Positions 58,294 to 64,000 of a DNA stretch of 64,000 nucleotides are shown here, one piece after another. Under the pieces are notes generated by a model, which was not told where the DNA came from, made no database searches, and saw only the letters and a list, made by a program, of their open reading frames with translations. The position numbers and the translations under genes are program-made. Source of the DNA: Patescibacteria group bacterium (lineage in GTDB: Bacteria; Patescibacteriota; Minisyncoccia; RBG-13-40-8-A); assembly GCA_043807255.1 (NCBI GenBank), contig JAZDGD010000009.1, positions 29,476 to 93,475 of the forward strand. Direction: 5' to 3'. Position 1 is the stretch's first letter. Each line of letters begins with the position of its first letter.

Positions 58294-58731
58294 TTAATTT
58301 TCTAATTTTTTAATTTTATTTATTCTTCGAATATATCTTTCGGCATTGAAAAAATCCGTTTCCAGCCAAACTTTAATAATTTTCTTTGCCTCTCGGAACG
58401 ACAACGCATGTTCGCCTAAACACAAAATATTAGAATCTAAATCCTCTCTTGATCTTATCGCTGATTTTTTTGTTGACGGACTAACGGCAACAATCCCTTT
58501 AATTTTATTTGCTGCAACACACATTCCATCGGCGTGAGTGCAAATTAAAATCCCTTTCTGCTTCGTTTCTACAACCTTGTTCGCCACCAAAACAGCATAA
58601 TCTACAAAATCATCATCGCCTTGAAATTTCAAATTGCCCAAATCAACAAAATCTGTTTTTAGTTCTTTCAAATATTCTTTGATTTTTTCCTTAAAACTAA
58701 ACCCGCCATGATCAGCGCCAAGATATATCAT
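58294..58731 (-). CDS. rpiB: RpiB/LacA/LacB family sugar-phosphate isomerase
   Basis: GADHGG, GILIC, AANKIKGI, NILCLG. Confidence 0.85.
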   Translation of the reverse strand: MIYLGADHGGFSFKEKIKEYLKELKTDFVDLGNLKFQGDDDFVDYAVLVANKVVETKQKGILICTHADGMCVAANKIKGIVAVSPSTKKSAIRSREDLDSNILCLGEHALSFREAKKIIKVWLETDFFNAERYIRRINKIKKLEN

Positions 58732-58740
58732 ATGTTTGTG

Positions 58741-59198
58741 AATTAAAAATTAAAAGTCAAAAATTAAAAGTTATTTTCCCCTCATCGTCCTAACACTAGA
58801 AGCTAAAATGTTTGCTAACTCAATTAATTCTTTCAATAATTCGTTAATTTCATTTTTGTCGCCCTTATTCGCGTCTCGTAACAGTGCCAACCAAAACTTT
58901 GATTCATTTGCAGACTTTAGGGCATAACTTAAAAAATTTACAAATTCTTTTTTAGAGCTTCCGGCTATTGCTTCAACATAATTAGCGCCAATACTTGTGC
59001 CACACCGCATAAGTTGATTATCAGCGGTTTTACATAAAGTATCTGTTTTCGATAAGGTGTCTAAAAATTTTATTAATCTCAATATCCAATTATAAATCCT
59101 TCTTTTTAATTCCTCGCTAAATTTTTTATTATCTTGTGACATTTTAATTATTAAATTTAATACTGCAACTTTAAACTTTTGATTTTTAACTTTAAACT
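58741..59198. repeat. Inverted 7-mer tandem arrays flanking four-helix bundle gene
   Basis: AATTAAA-like x4 at 58741-58773; reverse-complement array at 59167-59198. Confidence 0.75.
58771..59142 (-). CDS. Four-helix bundle protein (23S rRNA IVS-protein family)
   Basis: QLMRCGTSIGANYVEA..SSKKEF..ALKSANESKFWL. Confidence 0.9.
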   Translation of the reverse strand: MSQDNKKFSEELKRRIYNWILRLIKFLDTLSKTDTLCKTADNQLMRCGTSIGANYVEAIAGSSKKEFVNFLSYALKSANESKFWLALLRDANKGDKNEINELLKELIELANILASSVRTMRGK

Positions 59199-60229
59199 CA
59201 CTTAATAAGTTTTCCGCTTTTAATTACATGTTCAACCAAAGTTGATGAATAACCCCATTCATTATCGTACCAGGCCATAACTTTTACTAAATCGCCATCA
59301 ATAACTTTTGTAAATCCCAAATCAACAATAGCAGCGGTAGTAATGCCAATAAAATCCGAGGAAACCAATTGTTCACTAGTTACACCTAAAATCCCTTTCC
59401 AGTGTGGTTTTTTAGATGCCTCAATTAAAATATTATTAATTTCCTCAACTGAAGTTTTTCGGTTGGCTACAAAAGTTATGTCCGCCAAAGAAACCGTTGG
59501 CACCGGAGTCCTGATTGCTAGACCATCAAATACGCCTTTTAAGTTTTTTACAACCTTCGTAACTGTAATCGCTGCTCCCGTAGAAGACGGAACCAAACTA
59601 ATTGCTCCCGCCCTGCCCCTGCGCCAATCCTTCGCATCTGGACCATCAACAATTTTTTGCGTTGCCGTATAAGCATGGGTTGTATTTAAGACTGCCTTTT
59701 TTATCCCTGGATTTTCTGATAAAACCGCCATCACCGGTGCAACTGCATTGGTTGTGCAAGAACCGTTAGAAGTAATGTTTACTCGCGACATATCTTTTTC
59801 ATTAATCCCTAAAAGCACGGTTCCGCCAAGCTTAAAGCTCTCGTCGTCGTCTTTTGATGGCGCAGTGATTACCACTCTCTTGGCTCCAGCTTTTATGTGC
59901 GCAGAACTTCCCTCAAAAGAATCAAAAAATCCTGTTGCCTCAACAACCACATCTATTCCCAATCTTGCCCATGGCAATTTTATTGGATCTTTTTCTTGAA
60001 AAAAATCAATTTTTTGATTATCAATAATTAATTTTTTTTGCTTTAAATCAACACTAACCCTGTGGTCATATGCACCATAAACGCTATCGTGTTTTAAAAG
60101 ATAGGCCAAATTTTCTAAATCAGCCAAATCATTAATTGCCACGATTCTTAAATCGTTTCGTTCATGGGCTATCCTTAAAAAACTTCGACCAATTCTCCCA
60201 AATCCACTTATTGCTACTTTCGTAAACAT
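59198..60229 (-). CDS. gap: Glyceraldehyde-3-phosphate dehydrogenase type I
   Basis: GFGRIGR, SCTTN, WYDNEWGYS. Confidence 0.97.
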   Translation of the reverse strand: MFTKVAISGFGRIGRSFLRIAHERNDLRIVAINDLADLENLAYLLKHDSVYGAYDHRVSVDLKQKKLIIDNQKIDFFQEKDPIKLPWARLGIDVVVEATGFFDSFEGSSAHIKAGAKRVVITAPSKDDDESFKLGGTVLLGINEKDMSRVNITSNGSCTTNAVAPVMAVLSENPGIKKAVLNTTHAYTATQKIVDGPDAKDWRRGRAGAISLVPSSTGAAITVTKVVKNLKGVFDGLAIRTPVPTVSLADITFVANRKTSVEEINNILIEASKKPHWKGILGVTSEQLVSSDFIGITTAAIVDLGFTKVIDGDLVKVMAWYDNEWGYSSTLVEHVIKSGKLIK

Positions 60230-60244
60230 ACAATTAAATATTCG

Positions 60245-60316
60245 AATCTACAAATTAGTATACGAATCTACGAATAATTCGTTGATTCGGATAAATATTC
60301 GCATCATTCGGATAAT
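60245..60316. repeat. CGAAT/ATTCG element family A, copy 3
   Basis: Same orientation as, and highly similar to, 7331-7402. Confidence 0.85.
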
Positions 60317-60343
60317 ATTACTTATATTGTAATTATACCACTT

Positions 60344-61420
60344 TTAAAACTTTTTTATAATCGCATCAATCATTTCAATTGTGCCCACAGCACTGGGATC
60401 ATTTCTGTCTAACTTTAGATCATAGGTTACATCCTTCCCCTCTTTGATCACTTCCTTCCATGCATTTTCTATTTTTAGAGCAATCTTATCTTCGCCAATG
60501 TGTCGCAACATCATAATCCCCGACAAAAGAGTTGCTGATGGATTAACTTTGTTTAAACCAGTATATTTTGGCGCTGAACCGTGCGTTGGCTCAAAAACAA
60601 CAATCCCCTCACCAATATTTGCCCCCGGCGCAACTCCCAATCCCCCAACCAGTCCTGCACATAAATCAGAAATAATATCGCCATACAAATTCGGCAGAAC
60701 TAAAACATCAAAATTGTTTGGTCTCAAAACAAGTTGCATTGTTAAATTATCCACAATTACTTCTTCAAATTCAATTTCTTTATATCGTCCTGCAATTTCC
60801 CTGGCCACTTTTAAGAATAAGCCATCTGTAAATTTCATAATATTTGCCTTATGGATACAGCTAACTTTTTTACGTTTATTTTCTACTGCATACTTAAAAG
60901 CAAATTCAATTATTCTTCTTGATGCCTTTTCAGAAATCGGTTTTATGCCCAAAGCAGTGCTCAAATCAAGATTTTTATTTGTTTTTTCTTTAATCCATTT
61001 CAATAATTCTTCAGTCTCTAGTTTGCCTTTTTCAAATTCAATTCCCGCATATAAATCCTCACTGTTTTCTCTCACGATTACAATATCAATATTGCTATAT
61101 TTAGAGTTTATCCCCGTATATGACCGACATGGCCTTAAACAAGCGTACAAGCCCAATTCTTGCCTTAAGGCCACATTAACAGAACGAAATCCACCACCAA
61201 TCGGCGTTGTAATTGGCCCCTTCAAGGCAACTTTGTTTCTTTTTATTGAATCTAATGTTTTGGGTGGAAACGGTGTTCCATATTTTTCAATTGCCGACAA
61301 TCCCGCGTCCATTTCTTCCCAATCGATATTTGCACCAGCAGCATCAATACATTTTTTTACTGCATAAACAATTTCTGGTCCCGTTCCGTCGCCGGGTATT
61401 AATGTAATTTTATGATTCAT
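60344..61420 (-). CDS. Isocitrate/isopropylmalate dehydrogenase family (likely NAD-dependent IDH)
   Basis: [38 protein letters not shown]. Confidence 0.9.
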   Translation of the reverse strand: MNHKITLIPGDGTGPEIVYAVKKCIDAAGANIDWEEMDAGLSAIEKYGTPFPPKTLDSIKRNKVALKGPITTPIGGGFRSVNVALRQELGLYACLRPCRSYTGINSKYSNIDIVIVRENSEDLYAGIEFEKGKLETEELLKWIKEKTNKNLDLSTALGIKPISEKASRRIIEFAFKYAVENKRKKVSCIHKANIMKFTDGLFLKVAREIAGRYKEIEFEEVIVDNLTMQLVLRPNNFDVLVLPNLYGDIISDLCAGLVGGLGVAPGANIGEGIVVFEPTHGSAPKYTGLNKVNPSATLLSGIMMLRHIGEDKIALKIENAWKEVIKEGKDVTYDLKLDRNDPSAVGTIEMIDAIIKKF

Positions 61421-61422
61421 AA

Positions 61423-62331
61423 TTATTTTTTATTATTTAAAAATTTAAACACCTCCAATGTTGCAATTGCGCCTTCAGAGACAGCCGTAACAACTTGTCG
61501 GAAATTATTGGAATTAGTTGTAATGTCTCCGGCGGCAAAAATTCCAGAAACATTTGTTTTTTGTGCTTCGTCCACTTTAATAAAACCAAATTCATTGGTT
61601 ACAATGCCCAGATCTTGTAATAAAACGGTATTTGGCACTGAACCCGCTTCAATAATTAAACCGCTTGCCTCTAATTTTTTGCCATTGTCTAAAATAACTT
61701 CTTCTAACCAATCTTTTCCATTTACCTCTGTAACATTGGCATTGTAAATTATTTCCACATTTTTTAATTCCCCAACTCTCTTGGTCCATAAATCGTCTGC
61801 CCTTAATTTATCTTTTCTGTAAATTAAATAAATTTTTTCTGCTTCTTCGGCAAGCATGACCGCACCCATCACTGCCGAATTTGCACCGCCAACAATGGCG
61901 ATATTTTTGTGTTTAAATAAAGAGACACAGTTTTGTGAGCAATAACTCACTCCTTTTTGTTCAAATTTTTCTACGTTTTTAATTTCTAATTTTTTAGTTT
62001 CCGTGCCAATTGCTAAAATAATTGATTTCGCTTGATACTCCTCTTTTTCGGAAACAATTTTAAATCCATCATCAATTTTGGCAACTTGATTAACTCTGGT
62101 TTGTTCAAAATTAACTTTTAAATGTTCCAGATGTTCATAAAATTTTCCGGCCAATTCCTTACCATTTACTCCGAATATTCCTGGATAATTTTCTACTTTA
62201 TAGGCAGTATTAATAAGTCCGCCAGAAACTTCGCCAAGAACCAAAGAATTTATGCCGAAATTCTTAGCATAAATACCCGCCGAAACCCCCGCCGGCCCGG
62301 CACCAACAATAATTAAATCATAATTTTTCAT
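61423..62331 (-). CDS. trxB: Thioredoxin reductase-like FAD oxidoreductase
   Basis: GAGPAG, ENYPG, CSQNC, GGANSA, FAAGD. Confidence 0.85.
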   Translation of the reverse strand: MKNYDLIIVGAGPAGVSAGIYAKNFGINSLVLGEVSGGLINTAYKVENYPGIFGVNGKELAGKFYEHLEHLKVNFEQTRVNQVAKIDDGFKIVSEKEEYQAKSIILAIGTETKKLEIKNVEKFEQKGVSYCSQNCVSLFKHKNIAIVGGANSAVMGAVMLAEEAEKIYLIYRKDKLRADDLWTKRVGELKNVEIIYNANVTEVNGKDWLEEVILDNGKKLEASGLIIEAGSVPNTVLLQDLGIVTNEFGFIKVDEAQKTNVSGIFAAGDITTNSNNFRQVVTAVSEGAIATLEVFKFLNNKK

Positions 62332-62442
62332 ACCCTGTAGTAGATTTTTGACTAATTTATTATCGTCCCTCGTAGCATTTTGATCCGATGAACATCGGAC
62401 CAGTCAAAAATTCACTACGGGGCATGTTTTTATTGTAACATA

Positions 62443-62469
62443 AAAAGCGGTCTTTTCCAACCGCTTTTT
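62443..62469 (-). terminator. Terminator downstream of rplK
   Basis: AAAAAGCGGT-N-ACCGCTTTTT. Confidence 0.6.
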
Positions 62470-62557
62470 GTTTATCCCGACGCCCTGGTCGGGGACCTAA
62501 TCAACAATCTCTATGCCCCTATATCAAGCCATTGGCTTGATCGGGGCGACATTGAAT

Positions 62558-62980
62558 TTATTCAATGTTTATGCCCATATTCTTTGCCGTTCCTTCGATG
62601 ATTTTCATTGCTGCTTCGATGTCATTGGCATTTAGGTCTTCCATTTTTGTTTCTGCAATTTGTCTTACCTGTTCTCTGGTAACTTTTCCAACTTTGTCTT
62701 TTTGTGGAACCCCAGACCCCTTTTCAATTCCTGCTGCTTTTTTTAATAAATCAGCTGCTGGTGGAGTTTTTAATACAAAGCTAAAGGTTCTATCTGTAAA
62801 AATTGTAATTTCCGCTGGAATTACATTTCCCATTTTATCTTTTGTTGCTTCATTAAATTTTCCACAAAAATCTTGAAGGTTTAATCCGTGTGGACCTAAA
62901 ACCGTACCCACTGGTGGAGCTGGTGTAGCGCCTCCGGCGGGAAGTTGAATTTTAATAATTGTCTTTATTTCTTTTGCCAT
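62558..62980 (-). CDS. rplK: 50S ribosomal protein L11
   Basis: [21 protein letters not shown]. Confidence 0.98.
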   Translation of the reverse strand: MAKEIKTIIKIQLPAGGATPAPPVGTVLGPHGLNLQDFCGKFNEATKDKMGNVIPAEITIFTDRTFSFVLKTPPAADLLKKAAGIEKGSGVPQKDKVGKVTREQVRQIAETKMEDLNANDIEAAMKIIEGTAKNMGINIE

Positions 62981-62993
62981 AATAATTATTATA

Positions 62994-63078
62994 ATGCCAA
63001 TCTACTAATCTTATGCCAATCTACAGACTGCGAATTCGCAGTTCGCAATATTGGCATTAAGTTCGCATATTCGCATTA
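62994..63078. repeat. CGAAT/ATTCG element family B, copy 2 (nusG-rplK spacer)
   Basis: Near-identical to 47369-47453. Confidence 0.9.
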
Positions 63079-63621
63079 TATCTTTTTGACTTGTAGGAAA
63101 TCCAACTCTACTGGAGTTTCCCGTCCAAACATATTTACTAAAACTTTAATTTTACCTTTGCCATGATCAACTTCGCTGATTTTGCCTTCCATGTCCTTAA
63201 ATGGCCCATCGGCAATTTTCACAATATCGCCAACCTCAACATCAATTTTATAAACTGGCTCATCTTTGGTTTCTGCTTTTAATATTTTTGTAATTTCCTC
63301 ATCAGAAACTGGAACCGGCGTAATCCCCGAACCAATAAAACCCGTTACTCTTGGCGTATTTCTAACCACATACCAGGAATCATCGGTCACAATCATGTCT
63401 ACAAAAACATAGTTTGGAAAAAATTTCTCTTCAATTATTTGTCTTTTTCCGCCCTTTATTTTTATCTTTTTTTCCTTGGGAACCACAATATTAAAAATTT
63501 TATCACCCATTCCCAACGACTCAATTCTTTGTTTCAAATTAAAAGCAACCGTATCTTCTGATGCAGGATAGGTATGAATTGCATACCAGTGTCTTTCCCC
63601 CGTTGTTTCTTGCTTTGGCAT
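63076..63621 (-). CDS. nusG: Transcription termination/antitermination factor NusG
   Basis: WYAIHT, FPNYVFV, VRNTPRVTGF, FGRETPVEL. Confidence 0.98.
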   Translation of the reverse strand: MPKQETTGERHWYAIHTYPASEDTVAFNLKQRIESLGMGDKIFNIVVPKEKKIKIKGGKRQIIEEKFFPNYVFVDMIVTDDSWYVVRNTPRVTGFIGSGITPVPVSDEEITKILKAETKDEPVYKIDVEVGDIVKIADGPFKDMEGKISEVDHGKGKIKVLVNMFGRETPVELDFLQVKKI

Positions 63622-63812
63622 TATAACAAAAATTTACTAACTAAAAATGTAAACAAAAAATCTAGACCACCCAAAAAAATCGCAACAACCAAACTTAACC
63701 CGATAACAATTAGGGTATATTTTATGGTTTCTTGCTTGGTGGGCATATTTACTTTCTTAATTTCCACCTTAACCTCTTTTAAATAATTCGTTAATTTGCT
63801 TAAAATGCTCAT
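63621..63812 (-). CDS. secE: Preprotein translocase SecE
   Basis: E.KKV..PTKQE plus TM ending LD; directly upstream of nusG; start uncertain. Confidence 0.93.
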   Translation of the reverse strand: MSILSKLTNYLKEVKVEIKKVNMPTKQETIKYTLIVIGLSLVVAIFLGGLDFLFTFLVSKFLL

Positions 63813-63943
63813 GGTTTTTAAAATGGCCAAAGGCCATCTTAATTACAAGTTTATTATAAAATAATTCCCGTGTCAATAATTATTTATAACTATCTCTTTC
63901 GTAATTTGAATTAAAAAAATTTAATGATTTTGTTCATATTTGA

Positions 63944-63972
63944 AGATGTCAGAGGTCATACCTCAGACATCT
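63944..63972. repeat. GAGGT-N3-ACCTC palindrome
   Basis: AGATGTCAGAGGT-CAT-ACCTCAGACATCT. Confidence 0.8.
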
Positions 63973-64000
63973 ATATTTTTAAGACTGTAAACTAAATTCA

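Noticed and set aside
58771-59142. Four-helix gene as the Avd of a complete DGR
   Set aside because: No reverse transcriptase or template repeat is adjacent.
60444-61367. 307-aa + strand ORF
   Set aside because: Antisense shadow of the dehydrogenase gene; no recognisable motifs.
1-64000. Alternative genetic code (UGA recoding)
   Set aside because: Conserved genes translate intact under code 11 and several (dnaJ, fba, gap) end at TGA.

Overview
AT-rich bacterial chromosome segment whose gene content points to a Patescibacteria (CPR, Parcubacteria-like) genome: short RpoA, AlaS, EF-Ts and HrcA, few Shine-Dalgarno sites on core genes, and many palindromic insertions. This assignment is an inference. 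Core content: alpha operon (infA-rpmJ-rpsMKD-rpoA-rplQ-rplM-rpsI), alaS, mnmA, a CIRCE-preceded hrcA-grpE-dnaK(frameshifted)-dnaJ region, corA-cysS-dnaB-recR, dcw genes (mraZ-rsmH-ftsL-ftsI-murF), a membrane Clp ATPase, rplJL with an L10 leader, six intact tRNAs, rpsB-tsf, rpmE with a short RF1-like gene, sugar-phosphate genes and secE-nusG-rplK. The most notable signals lie outside the core genes. (1) Two wHTH/Cas2-like (PaaX-like) genes are each bracketed by their own ~40-bp palindromic direct repeats with matching geometry. (2) Two diverged copies of a multi-stem element show compensatory base changes. (3) A RAYT transposase has GAGGT-N3-ACCTC palindromes around and inside it, and a six-hairpin array of related palindromes lies elsewhere. 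(4) An integrase-less island sits in a split tRNA-Val and carries a replacement tRNA-Val and a GIY-YIG gene. (5) Many in-frame palindromic insertions occur in housekeeping genes. All family assignments come from motif recognition by eye; no searches were run.
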